Shown here piece after piece: positions 34,865-47,509 of a stretch of 64,000 bases of DNA. Each line of letters starts with the position of its first letter. The stretch's first letter is position 1. The position numbers and the translations under genes were made by a program. Below the pieces are notes generated by a model. It was not told the origin of the DNA and did not search any database. It worked only from the letters and a program-made list of their open reading frames with translations. This stretch comes from Chiloscyllium plagiosum (Eukaryota), in contig NC_057759.1 of NCBI RefSeq assembly GCF_004010195.1, forward strand, positions 510,264-574,263, in the 5' to 3' direction.

Positions 34865-37800
34865 AGCGTGATCCGGATGTAACCGGGACAGGAAATATGA
34901 AATATTTAATTCGTGAATCAGTTAAGCGAAGGCTGAACTGCAATGGAAGCCAACATTGTTGAGTAAGTGAAATAATATATTGTTTGCAGTGGCTAAACAC
35001 GAAACACTACACACGCACTTCGCCCACATGCCTTACTCATCTAACAAAAAAAAAGACTCTGCATGGAGGGTTGTTAAGGTAAGGATTTTTTTTAAAAAAT
35101 CTCTTTTGGCAATTTCGAGCCTAGCCGATGGAGGCTTGGAGAGTTGCAGGCTATGGGATACAAGGGTTACTACTGGTGTCACTGTTGATCTCGCCTGTGA
35201 GAAGTGCATCCAGCTCTAGATCTTCACAGACCACATTATTGATCTGGAGCTGCAGCTGAAGCTAGATGAACTTTGGATCATTCGGGAGGCTGAGGAGATG
35301 AGAGAGATGAGTTAGAAGGAGATGGTCATGCTTAAGTTACAGATTAAAGGTAACTGGGTGAACATCCGGAGTGGGAAAGGCAATAGGAAGACAGTGCAGA
35401 GACACCCTGTGGCTGTCCCCTCAATAATAAGCATATCTCATTGGATACTGCTGGGGGTTAAGTCTATCGGAGAAAGCCACAGCGGCCAGGTCTCTGGCAC
35501 TGAGCCTGGCTCTGTGCCTCAGAGGGGAAGGGTGGAGAATAGGAGAGTGATAGGAGATTCAATGGCGAAAGGAACAGAAATGAGTTTCTGAGGTCACAAG
35601 CGAGACTACCAAATAATATGTTGCTTCCCGAATGCCAGGGTCAAGGATGTCTCAGACTGAGTTGAAAGGGTCAGCAGCCAGAAGTCCTGGTAGATATCGG
35701 ACTGGTGACATAACTAGGAAATTGGATGAGGATCTGAAAGTTTAATATAGGGAGTTAGATTCGAAGCTAAAAGGCAGGTCGAGTGGCGAAATAACCTAAG
35801 AACTGCTACAGGTACCGGGGCTAGTGAGGCTAACAACGAATGTAGCTGAGCGCGTGGCTGGAAGGCTGGTGTTGAAGGGAGGGCTTCTGATTTGGAGATC
35901 ACTGGGATAACTTTCCGGAGAAGGTAGGACCTGTACAAGCAAGACGGGCTGCACCTGAACTTGAGGTTCCTGGTCGGAAGCTTTGCTTGAGCTTTTGTGG
36001 GACGTTTAAAGAAATTTGGCAGGGGGATGGGAACCAGAGCTGTGGATCAGAGTGTAGAGTACATTGTGAACAGGCATATACAGCGTGCAGAATATCTCTG
36101 AGGAAGGGTAGACAGTTGATAAGGCTACGGTGGAGTCAGTGTGATGGGTTGAAGCATGGCTATTTTAATGCAAGAGGTGTCAGGAGATAGGGCGGTGAAC
36201 TCAGAACATGAATCAATACTTGGAGATACAATGTTGTGGCTATTAAAGAGACTTGGATTTCATAGCGACAGGAATGGCTGTTGGATATTCCATGGTTTAG
36301 ATGTTTCAGAAGGAATTGAAAGGGAGAGAAAACTGGTAGGGGTGTGGCATTGATAATCAGTGATAGTATCATAGCTGCAAAAATGTAGGTCGATGAGCAG
36401 TGTTTATCTATAGAGTCAGTATGGGTGGGTGTCAGAAACAGACAAGGCGCAGTCACTTCATTGGGAGATTCTTACAGTCGCCCCAAGTGCAACAAAGACA
36501 CCAGGTAGGAAATTGGAGGGCAGAGTTTGGAAAGGTGCATAAAGAAGAGGGTTGTTTTCATGGATGATCTCAATTTCCCAAAAATTGATTGGAACCTCCT
36601 CAGTTCAAGTAGTTTGAATGGAGCAGATTTTATCAAGTGTGCCCAGGAAATATTCCAGACTCAATATTTAGATGTTCTGACTTAAGGTAGGCTACATTGG
36701 ATTCGTTGCTTGGTAGCAAACTAGGTCATGTGTCAGATCTCTCATTTCAGTGACAGTGATCACAGCTCTCTGAAATTTACTGCAGTCATGGAGAGGGATA
36801 GGTGCAGGCGGTTTGGGAAATTTATTTAATGGGGGAGGATCTATTAGGCAGGAACTGGAACGCTAGGAGAAAGTGAGGACTGCAGATGCTGGAGATCAGA
36901 GTTGAAAAATGTGGTGCTGGAAAAACACAGCAGGCCAGGCACCATCCGAGGAGCAGGACAATCGAAGTTTGGGGCATAAGCCCTTCTTCAGGAATGAGGC
37001 CGGTGTGCCAAGCAGGATTAGATAAAAGGTAGGGGGGAGGGAATTTAGGGGAGGGGCGCTGGGAATACGATAGGTGGACGTAGGTGAGGGGGAGGGTGAT
37101 AGGCCGTAAGGGGGTGGGGGCGGAGAGGTCGGGAAGAAGATTGCAGGTCAAGAGGGCAGTGCTGAATCCGGGGGTTGGGACTGAGATAAGGTGGGTGGAG
37201 GGGAAATGAGGAAGCTGGAGAAATGTACATTCATCCCTTGTGGTTGGAGGGTTCCTAGGCGGAAGATGAGGCGCTCTTCCTCCAGGTGTCGTGTGGCCAG
37301 GGTCTGGCGATGGACCTGCATGTCCTTGGCGGAGTGGGAGAGGGAGTTAAAGTGTGCAGGAATTGGAGCGCATCGATTTGGAACAGGTGTTCTCAGGATA
37401 TTGCAAGACAGAAATGCAAAGTTTGTTTTATTTTGGTGCGATTGCTGGATAGGTTTGATCCACTGAGGAAAGGAAGTGATGGTCGTGTGAAGAATCTTGG
37501 ATGATAACAGATGTGGAACATCTAGTCAAAAGGACGTAAGGAAGCTTATTTAAGTTTGAGGTAGCAATGATTGACAGGATTCTACATGGTTATAAGCTAG
37601 CCAGGCAGGAACTGAAGAATAGACTTAGGAGAGATATAAGGAGGCTTGAGAAAACCTTGGCGGTTAGGATCAAGGAAAACCCGAAGGCGTGAGGAACAAG
37701 AGGATGGCCAGAGTGAGGGTAGGACCGATTAAGGATGGTGAGGGCAACTTGTACCTGGAGTCAGAGGAGTAGGCGAGGTCCTTAATCAATGCTTTGCTTC

Positions 37801-38250
37801 AGTATTCAAGAGTGAGAGGCATCTTGACTTTTGTGAGGACAGAATGAAAAAGGCTGATATGCTCGAACAGGTTGATATTCAGAAGGAGAATATATTGGAA
37901 ATTTTGAAATGCATGTGGATAAATAAGAAGCCCGGGCTAGATGGGATATACCTACGGTCACTACAGAAGTGAGGGAAGAGATTTCTGCACGATTGCGAAG
38001 AACTTTGCGCCCTCACTGTCCACTGGAATAATACCAGATGACTGGAGGGTGGCAAATGTTTTCCCTTGCTCAAGAAAGGGAATAGGGATAACCCTGGGAA
38101 TTACATGCCAGTCAGTCTTACTTCGATGGTGGGAAAATTATTGGAGCAGATTATGAAAGACAAGAATTATGGTTGTTTGGAAAAACCTAGTTTGATTAGC
38201 GATATGAACATGGGTCATGTCTCACGAACCTTATTGAATTCTTTTTGAAG
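34865..38250 (+). mobile_element. CR1 LINE 5' portion: ORF1 (Zn finger/coiled coil + SGNH esterase) and ORF2 APE/RT start, decayed
   Basis: Reads CRLW...CEKCIQL, RVIGDSM (GDS), DGLHLN, YFNARG, and KKGNRDNPGNYMPVSLTSMVGKLLEQI. Confidence 0.88.
36864..37355 (-). mobile_element. Penelope-like element 3' part (GIY-YIG C-terminus + family A terminus with hammerhead core), nested in CR1
   Basis: Minus strand reads HFNSLSHSAKDMQV...LEEERLIFRLGTLQPQGMNVHFSSF, then CTGAAGAagggcttatgccccaaac. Flanked by a 16-bp imperfect direct repeat at 36848-36863 and 37356-37371. Confidence 0.88.
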
Positions 38251-39321
38251 TATATATAAATTTGTGGTCATTTTGAAAATTGGTCAGAGCAACTGCTACT
38301 GAACAGCAGAACAACTGCTGTATAGCCGGAGAGCTAACTGCCCATCAAAAGTTTTGCCCACAAAGAAATGAGAAGGTGCTCTATCAAAAAGGTCCCTTTT
38401 CCGGTAAAACATACTCACAGTAAAACGAAAGAATAAGACTCAGGGAGACCAGCAGACAGAATATTGAAGACAATGGAGAAGGCAGAGATGTGTGGATTTG
38501 AGATTAAGTTACTGTAATGTTTAACAAGTGTTTTATTGGAAAAGCATGTCAATAGAATTGTGTTCAGTTAAGGGAAGGAGTGTTCTGTTTATTAAGAGTT
38601 TTGTACAGTGTTCTGTTAGGAAACTAAATTGTTACTTTCCTTTATGCATGGCAAATTAGGAGTTCACTTTCCCTCCCTCATATTTCTAAGAGATTACAAG
38701 GCCAGGCTAGTTTATTTGGGTGTTTGGTTTCAATTCTCAGAGAAGTTCAACCTCCGCGTCATAACAGATTAAGACTAGCCCGAGATTTGGACAAGATTTG
38801 GCATACGAAATATCCCAGCAGTTTTAAACACTGAGCGTTTTTTATCCTAGCCCTTTAAGTAAAACATAGTTGAAAGAAGCTTAATCTCGGTTACTTGTGG
38901 TTGGTTAAATTAGAAGTGACAGAAATAGCTCTTTACAATGCTAAAGAGTTTTGGGGATTGAAGACGCTTCACAAGTTTGCAAAGGAAGTTTAGAAAGACA
39001 GCGGAAGGATATGCTTTTAAACTTAACATAGAGTTTAGGATTGGGTTTAAAATTGGATGAAAGGACAGTTAAAAATGTAATGGACTTGGTCAGGCACTTA
39101 GTTATGTGAAAGAAACAGAAAAGTGCAGTGGAGTTAGAAAAACTTAAATTCGAATGAGGAAACTGGACTTAGAGGAAAATGAAAGGAGGGAAGGTTCTTA
39201 GCTGAGCAAAAAGACAGAGCGAGAGAATTTGAAGTTCAGAATGAGCGAATTAGTCAGAGAAGTCAAGCTAACAGAATAGAGATGAAGGGAGAACGCTCAG
39301 TTTTATGCAATTTTGTTAAAA

Positions 39322-40616
39322 GTTCTGAGAAGACTTGTAGTTCAGGTTGAGGTTCTGGATGTAAGTTTGCTCGCTGAGCTGGAAGCTTTGATTTTCGGAC
39401 ATTACTTCATCATACTAGGTAACTGCGTAACTGAGCCTCCGGTGAAGTACTGGTGTTCTGTCCTGCATTCCATTTATGTGTTAGGTTTCCTTGGATTCGT
39501 GGTGTCATTTCCTATGTTGCTGATGTCATTTCCCGTTTTCTTTTCTCTGTTAGTGGTAGATGGGGTCCACATCGATGTGTTTATTTATGAAGTTCGAGTT
39601 AGGATGCCATGCTTCTAAGAAGTGTCCTGCATGACTCTGTTTGGCTTGTCCTATGATGGATGTGTTGTCCCATTCAAAGTGGTGTCGTTTTGTATGAAAG
39701 GATATTAGTGGTAGTGGCTCCTTTTGTGGCTAGTTGATGTTATGTGTCCTGGTGGCTAGTTTTCAGCCTGTGTGTTACAGTTGTTGCAAAATATTTAGTA
39801 AATTACGTTCATTTTACTTGTTGAACGTAAAGGGTATTTTAATTTAATTACCTACTGTCTTAGTGTGTTGGTGGGTTTGTGCACTACTATGAAGCCAAGA
39901 GGTCTGATTAGTCTAGCAGTCATTTCCGAGATTTTTCATGTAGTGTAGAGCGGCAAGGGTTTCTGGGTGCATTTTGTCAGTTTGTTTGAGTTTGTTGCTG
40001 AGAAATCGGCGGACTGTGTTCATTGGGTTACCATTCTTTTTGAATATGCTGTATTCATGATTTTCTTCTGCTCGTCATTTTTTCTCTGTGCTGCAGTGTG
40101 CGCTGGCTCGTTGAAATAACGTTCTAATGCAGCTCTTTTTGGGGTATTGAGATGATTGCTTCTGCAGTTCAGTGTTTGGTCCGAATGTGTTGTTTTCCTG
40201 TAGACGCTGGTTTGAAGTTCCCTGTTGAGTTTTCCCTCTATTGTGAGATCTTGGAATGATGGTTTGTTGTGATTTTCCTTCTCTTTTGTGAATTTTATGT
40301 CAGTAAGGAAATGATTGATGATCTTGAAGATTTTCGGTAATTTGTTTCATTTAATGATGACAAAGACATTATCCACATAGCAGACGCAAAGTTTGGGTTG
40401 GATGGTTGGCAGAGCTGTTTGTTCGAATCTGCATTACAGCTTCTGCTAAGAACCCTGATATCGGAGATCCCATGGGTGTGCCGTTGGTTTGTCTGCAGGT
40501 TTTGGTATTGAAGGTGAAGTGGCTGGCAAGGCATAGGTCCACTCCCTTGAAGATGTTGTCCTTGCTAATGAAGTTGGTGGTGTCCGGTGCATGCGCATTT
40601 GGTTTCTTGTTAGATA
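39322..40616 (-). mobile_element. Penelope/Poseidon-type PLE (RT + GIY-YIG remnants, family B) inserted in the Gypsy gag
   Basis: Minus strand reads QTNGTPMGSPISGFLAEAVM, IKFTKEKEN, VYRKTTHSDQTL and NVIY*IFCNNC. A possible tgttaaaa direct repeat lies at both ends. Confidence 0.85.
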
Positions 40617-42004
40617 TGTTAAAACATTGCCATGTATTGATGAGAAATAAGTCGAAGCTTTCTTTATTTCTTCTGAAAAATTGGCTCGGCAGATGGAGTG
40701 ACCAGAGAACTTGTGGATAATGCTAGCTTACACTAAGCTAGTAGCCAGAGCTAGTGAGGTATTTACAGTGCTCTCAGATAAGTGGTGAAGAGATTATGAA
40801 AAGATAAAAGTGACAATTTTGCGTGCTTATGAATTGCTACCAGAAGTGTATACGCAGCGTTTCAGAAAAGTAAAGAAAGCACCAGGTCAGACTTATGTTT
40901 AGTTTGAAAGAATACTTAAAAATAGATAAAATATATGAGGCTCTAGAAGAGAGCATCCTGCTGGAGGAGTTTAAGAAATCACTTCCAGAGTGGATGCTAA
41001 CTTATGTGGATGAACAGAACTTTTAAAAAGTGAGAAAGGCAGCAGAGATGGCAGACGAATGTGCTTTGGTGTGCAAGGTGACATTTAGCTTCCGACAGGA
41101 ATTTTGTCCAGTGAGGGATAGAAATTGGGAGAAGGGAATTGAGTACACTACAAAACAAAGAGTAGAGCATAATGAGGATAGTTTACCGCAAGTTAAGAAC
41201 GAAGGCCAAGGAACTGAAAGGCCTCAGGTGTTTCCAATGTGGTAAGATAGAACATACAAAGCCACAGTGCAGGTGGTTCAATAAAGGCGCTGTGGGAAAA
41301 GAGGCTAAAACTGTAGCATTAATGAAAGTAGTAAAGGAAACCCCAAGACGTCAAGGAACTGCAGAATATTGCACAGCCTTTGCAGGGGCTGGACATTGCA
41401 TTCGTACCCGATCTCTATAAAGACTTCATTTCATTTTCGTAAAGTTTACTCATGAATGAAAGGGGGAGAAGAGAAAGAAGCTACAGTTTTAAGAGATGCG
41501 GGATCTGATGGGTCTCTGATAGTAAGAGATGAAAGTATTTTAATTCTTTCTGACATATTAATCAACAGGGCAATAATTTATGGAATAGATAGGTAAGAAA
41601 TTTAGCCATCGCTGGGTAAGATATCCAAATCAAGGCGGAGGAAATAACAGTGGGAGTGATTAACAGAGTGTAATTTCCGGGAATACAGTTTATTCTTGGG
41701 AACGATTTTGCAGGATCCAATGTCCTACTGAAGCCACTTCTTATGGAGAGGCCATAGGCAAATCCAGGGAACTGAGGAGTTCAAACAAAACTACCTTAGA
41801 TTTTCTTCCAGAACGGTGTAAAATCAAGATCCCACTGTCAAATTACATGAAGATGTACATACTGAAAAGAATGATGATGGCATTGAGGTTCAGTTAGCGG
41901 ACACCCCATATGATTTACTGGTGCAGGAAAAGCCTGAATAGGCAATGGGTCAGTCTAAAACGTTTTGTCCTGAAAGGCTAATGGTCTTTCAACGGAATGA
42001 TGAG

Positions 42005-42415
42005 ACAATTATATATATGTGTGTGTGTGTGTGCGTGTGTGTGTGTGTATTTATATAAAAATATGTATATTATATAAATGTGTACACATATATGTGTGTG
42101 TGTGTATGCACACACGCGCACACACATACATTTGTTTGTGTGTATCTATGTAAAATATTATATTCGTTACAGCGTGGAAAAAGGCCATTCGACCAAGAAG
42201 GTACACACCAACCCTTTGAAGAGAAACCAAACCAGACCCATTTCCCTTTGAATAATGAGGAGAAAGTGAGGTCTGCAGATGCTGTTCCAGCAATAAAGTT
42301 TCACCTTTGAATAATGAACCTAACGCTATGGCCAAACCACCTGACATGCACATCTTTAGATTGCAAGAGGTAACCCACGCGGGGAGAATATGAATACTCC
42401 ACACAGACAAGGGCA
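42005..42415 (-). mobile_element. (AT)/(GT) microsatellites plus a degenerate HE1 SINE inside the Gypsy element
   Basis: tgtg/tata runs at 42005-42150; gtggaaaaaggccattcgacc...acccacgcggggagaatatgaatactccacacagaca. Confidence 0.7.
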
Positions 42416-44821
42416 CCAGGTTGTGTCGCCTGTAGTATACAGATAGGAAGTACGAGGATAGAACATGAATTACCAGTTAAAGATCATCTACGTCTGAAGA
42501 ACACAGGCTAAAATACAAATGCAGTGCTATTCGTTTGGACTGCAAAATGATGTGATTAACTTTTGACGTAGACGTCATACATGCCAAATGGTAATTTAGC
42601 CACAGGCAGTAATATAAAATTTGTTCCAAATTCCTGCCTTGGAAGAAACTCTCATGAGGGTTATGTTTGATTGTGTACTTCCTCCATCTAAATCAAAAAG
42701 TGGGAATCAGAATTTGCTAACTATAATGGATATGTCTACTAGATTTGCAGAGGCAACATCGTTATGCAGTGTTCAGACAAAAAGGGTGATGGAAGAGTTA
42801 GTAGCTTTCGTTTCCCAGCATAGGCTACCCAGAGACTTTCAGTGAGACGAAGGGTAAGTTTACTGCTTGGCTGTGTAAGGACGTTTTGGCATAAGTCACT
42901 TTAAATCAAGTGTGTAGCATCCTAAATCCCAAGGACCCTTAGAAAGCCCAGACTCTGAATACGCTGGTAAGAGTGAACTGTCAGGAGTACCCGAAAGTCT
43001 GGGATAAATGTATCCCATTCGTATTGTTTGTCATTAGAAATGCCCCAAACGAATCTACCCTTTGAGTTGATATTCGGACATGAAGTTAGGGGGCCTTTGA
43101 AACTAATTAAAGAGAAATTGATTGGTCAGAAGTCAGAGAGTTCGCAGTTTGATTATGTGCCTGAGGTGAGGGAGAGATTAAATTAGTAGGTGAGCTAGCT
43201 AAACAACACCTCAAGAGAACACATTATAGAATGAAGCAGGTGGCAGATAAATGTTCGAAAATTCGGCCGTTTTCCCGTGTGGATAACGTATTAGTGTTGT
43301 TACCAGTGGGAGGTGATCCGTTCAAAGGCAGGTTTAGTGGTCGCTATTAAATTGAGAAAAAGTTCATTCAGGTAAATTATTTGATAAAGATGCCCAATAG
43401 AAAAAAAACTGCATTTCGTATGTTATGTGAATATGCTGAAACCTTTCTATAATAGAGACAGGGGACTGTAGAAGCAAATGTTAGTTACTGCCTTGCAAAA
43501 CAAAGAATAAAATACAGCTGTTGTGGATTTTGATGTGCCACAAAATATGTAAAATAAAGTGGAAATCATTGAAGAATGGGATAGGATCTGTGTCAGGAGC
43601 ATTGACCAGATTTGAAAGGTTTGTTGCAGTAGTAGTAGGACATCTGCGGGATTAGAATGTGGAGGACTAACGCTACTGTACGTGAGATGTGAGTAGTGAA
43701 TGCTGTTCCGATAAACCAACACCCCTAATGCTTAAGCCTCTCAAACCACCCATGTCGAGCAGGAAGTGAATGTGATGCTCAATGAAGACAACATCGAACT
43801 GATTCAGAATGAGTGGAGGTCGCTGATCATGTTAGTTCCTAAACCTGACAGGACTAAATGATCTTGTGTGGACTATCAGAAAGTCAACACCGTAGCTAAA
43901 TAGTACTCCTATATACAATACTCAAAGAAAAAAAAAATTGTCGATTTTTGGGACTGAGCGGATTCTACTGGAAGTTTGTTACAAACATCAGCCGCATGGT
44001 GGCACGTCTTGCAGATTTATGAAATAACACACACTTTTCGTGGATAGAGCAATGCCAGGAGGCATTTCAGTATTTTAAAGATGCATTAACTTCGGCACCA
44101 ATTTTAGTCAATCCAATTTTTAAAAACACCTTTCAAGTTGCATTTGATGCTCCTGATATCAGGGTTTTGGCTGTATTCATGCAGAAAGATGGAGGTGGAA
44201 CTGAATGGCCAATTAGCTACTTTTAAATAATCTTACTATTCACAAGAAATGTTCCTTGTCCATCAAAAAGAGTGATTATGTTTGCCACTGGCCTTACAAC
44301 AGTTTAATTCTTTTGTGACAGGCAATGTTTTGGGGACAGTTGTGTACATGGACCACAACAATCTCATATTTCTGGAACGATTTGAAAACATTAAAATATA
44401 TGAGACTATTTGATTGGATCATATGTTTCAGACTTTTAATTTACAAATTGTACATGTTGTAAATGTTAATATGTGATAGCATTTGCAATATTCCAGCTTT
44501 AAAAGAAATGGTGTAGATAAGATTGGATAATATCGAATCAAATGTTGTAATGTTTGTAGAATTAATATGAAAGCATAACTTAGATGAATGATATATGTGT
44601 TTCATAGTAATGGTTTTACAATTACAGAAAACAAATGAAGCTATCTTTTCATTATCGTTTCACTTCCGGCAGGGGAAGGTGTTACAAAGTCGAAATCATG
44701 TTTGCTCACTTGAAATAGAGAGTGTTGTTGAATGTTGAAGGCTCAGCTGATCTAAAGGATACGCTCAGAGATGAGCTGTTCCAAAATACGTACATGTTAC
44801 AGTTGGCTGTTAAATGGATAC

Positions 44822-44911
44822 GAAAATGTGTTGCTGGAACAGCGCAGCAGGTCAGGAAGCATCCAGGGATCAGGAGAATCGACGTTTCGGGCATAAGCCC
44901 TTCTTCAGGAA
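44822..44911 (-). mobile_element. 90-bp PLE family A insertion (hammerhead core + ~60 nt) in the Gypsy 3' LTR
   Basis: Minus strand reads tcCTGAAGAagggcttatgcccGAAAcgTCgattctcc. Perfect 14-bp direct repeat TGTTAAATGGATAC at 44808-44821 and 44912-44925. Confidence 0.9.
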
Positions 44912-46759
44912 TGTTAAATGGATACCTGAGTTTTGTTTGCTGTTTTGACAACAATTCGCATTTAACAAATTAGTTTAAACTATGCCTAGAATACTAAAAC
45001 CCAATCGAGTTTGAAATTATTCTTTTGACAAATTGGACTAGTGACAGGAAATGATGTCGGGGATATCATAAAAAGCAGGCAATTGAAAATTGGTCAGACA
45101 TCTGCCAGTGAACAGTTGAACAACTGCCAACGAGCCGGACAGCTAACTGCCCATGTAATCTTTTGCTCTCAATGGCATTTGAAGGCTCTCTTCATCAAAG
45201 GTAATTTTCCTTTAAAATGTGCTCGTAGTAAAAAGAAGGAAAGGAGACGCAGAGAGATCAGAAGATGAAAGATTGAAGATCGCAGAGAAGGCAGTCTGTG
45301 TGGATTTGAGATTGATTCAGGCTGTTGTTGAATATGTGTGTTATTGGAACAGCATGCTGATTTTGTTCAGCTGGGGGAAAAGGTAGTCAGTCTCTTAATC
45401 GTTTTGTTCAGTGTTCTGTTAGGAAAACGAATTGCGTTTTTTGCCTTAAATGCTGGAAATGGGAGCTCTTTTTCACTTCCTCGCACTTTTAATATGAGGT
45501 GCGGTGGGCTTTTCTGTTTTTGGTTTTAATTAACAGAGGATTTCACCTCCACCTCACAATTTAATGAACAATAATTTGAAAGCATACAATTTTTGAATTA
45601 ATGATATTTCCTGTGTACACTCACTAGTGAAACAAAAACCGACAAACGTGTTTATTTCAATGAAAAGTGAGACACTTTCAAAGATATTTGTACCAAAGGC
45701 AAGTGATATTTGTTTTGATCATCGAGATTGAATATTTAAAACATTCTGTTCTGTGTAAAATTTAGATTTCATAATGAAGCTGACCTTGCAACACTTGCAT
45801 TTTAATTGTATTTTGAGGCCTCAGATATAATCAGATATGGACCAAATATAATCAGACTTCACAACGAGAAATAATAGGAATCTGGCTTTTATAAGCATCT
45901 ATACATGATAAAGTTGAAAACTTTGAAGTACAGTATGAGGCCTTTTGGCCGCAAGTGTGTGTATCGGCTCCTGAAATGTCGACTGAGTTCATCTCATTTG
46001 TCACACCTAGCTCTGTCGCCACTATAGTTCATAACTTGCCATTTCAATTTTGAATCTATAGCCACAACTCTCTGCATAAACAAGTTTCTTTTCATCTCAA
46101 TCCTAGCCCTTTTGCTGACAGCCTTGAAATTGGAGCTCCTAGTTAATGCAATACCACCTAATTAACACAGATTTTTTGAAAATATTTTTCTGCCCTGCAT
46201 AGCTTTCCATGATTTCGAGCAACTTAATAACTTCACATAATTGTCATTTCTGTTTCAAGAAAAATAGGCCCATCCTTCCTTTATTCATATCCTTCCATCC
46301 AGTTATCATTCTAATCACATATAATGTTTCTGGTATTCTTCGACATAGTAATGCATTGTGTGTGTGTGAGTCTGTGGTTATGCTTGCGTGTATGTAAATC
46401 TGTGTTTGTGACTCTGCGTGTGGACCTGTATATGTATTGGCTGCGAACAGTCCTCTGCACTTGGACTGAAATGGAAGAATGAGATGTAATTGTATGGCCA
46501 TATAATTGAGAAAATATACAGCGTTTCAAAGCTGTCTTATATCAAAAATGTGTAAAAAAAATCTTTTTTATTCATGGATTGGGAAAGTGAACAAATCACG
46601 TTCATGAATCAAACACAAATAATTTAATGGACATTTATTATGATCCTCGAAGGAACAAATGTTTAGTTTTCTCCTGAGAATTTAAATTCAGCTTTTTTAA
46701 AAGTCTGAGTTGCATAAGGTTTGATCAATATGCAATCATCATTGATGAAAAAAACCAGG

Positions 46760-47160
46760 TAATGCTAGAAGTTCCCACTGGTTCTAGCAGTATCTGTGGT
46801 AAGAAGGCAGAATCAACATAGGGTCGCCTTAAAGCAGTTGAGGCAGCGTTTGTTGATAGGACCTCCATTACTAAACTGCAGCGGATCACAGCCCTTAGGG
46901 CAACCTTGAAAACTGCACTTACTCAAACAGCAAAGAGAGAGATATTATTCACAAAGCAGAGACTGTTTGACTGCAATGACAAGCCTGGCAGGTATCTAGC
47001 GTACGTTACCAGAAAGAAAAAAAAGCTCCCCAAGCCATTATATCTATTAGAGCGAATGGTGGTACCCTGACTTGTAATCGTAAAAATACCAATGCTGCCT
47101 TTAGGAAGTTCTATTTTGAATTGTATTAGTTGCAGGACTCTGAGGATAGATCCATTGATC
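46760..47160 (+). mobile_element. L1-clade LINE ORF2 fragment
   Basis: Reads FTKQRLFDCNDKPGRYLAY and NAAFRKFYFELY, resembling the L1/Tx1 region between the endonuclease and RT. Confidence 0.6.
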
Positions 47161-47174
47161 TAATGAACGCGATG

Positions 47175-47480
47175 TCCTGGTGGTATTGTCGCCGACTGCT
47201 AATCCAGAGTCTAGATAATGTTGTGGGGAGTCAGGTTCAAAGGACGCCATAGCAATCGGTGGAATTTAAATTCAATACAATTCTGGAATTGAGAGTCTAA
47301 TGATGATTGTTGGAAAATCCCATTTGGTTCACTGATGTTCATTAGAGAAGGAAACCACTATCCAGACCTGGTCTGGCCTGCATGTGACTCCAGACCCAGA
47401 GCAATTTGTATGACTCTTAAGTGCCCTCTAGGAAATTAAAGATGGACAGTAAGTGTTACGTAAACTCGCGACCCCCTTAG
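47175..47480 (+). mobile_element. Second shark SINE family copy
   Basis: ggtggtattgtcgccgactgctaatccagag...ggttcaaa...cccatttggttcactgatgttc...ctggtctggcctgcatgtgactccagaccc. Confidence 0.8.
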
Positions 47481-47509
47481 CAAACGTTACTAAAAACAAA
47501 ATCAGAAAA

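Larger units (their letters stand above)
38265..45558 (+). mobile_element. Gmr1-like Gypsy LTR retrotransposon, decayed (5' LTR ~38265-38766, 5'-truncated; 3' LTR ~44680-45558)
   Basis: Both LTRs share gaaaattggtcaga...agctaactgcccat and gtgttctgttaggaaa. A purine tract aggggaagg precedes TG at 44680. Domains in order: gag ILRAYELLPEVYTQRFR, CFQCGKIEHTKPQC knuckle, LRDAG protease, integrase LLTIMDMSTRFAEA (~42700), RT LVPKPD...CVDYQKVN (~43830), RNase H FQVAFDA...WPISYF (~44130). Confidence 0.88.
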
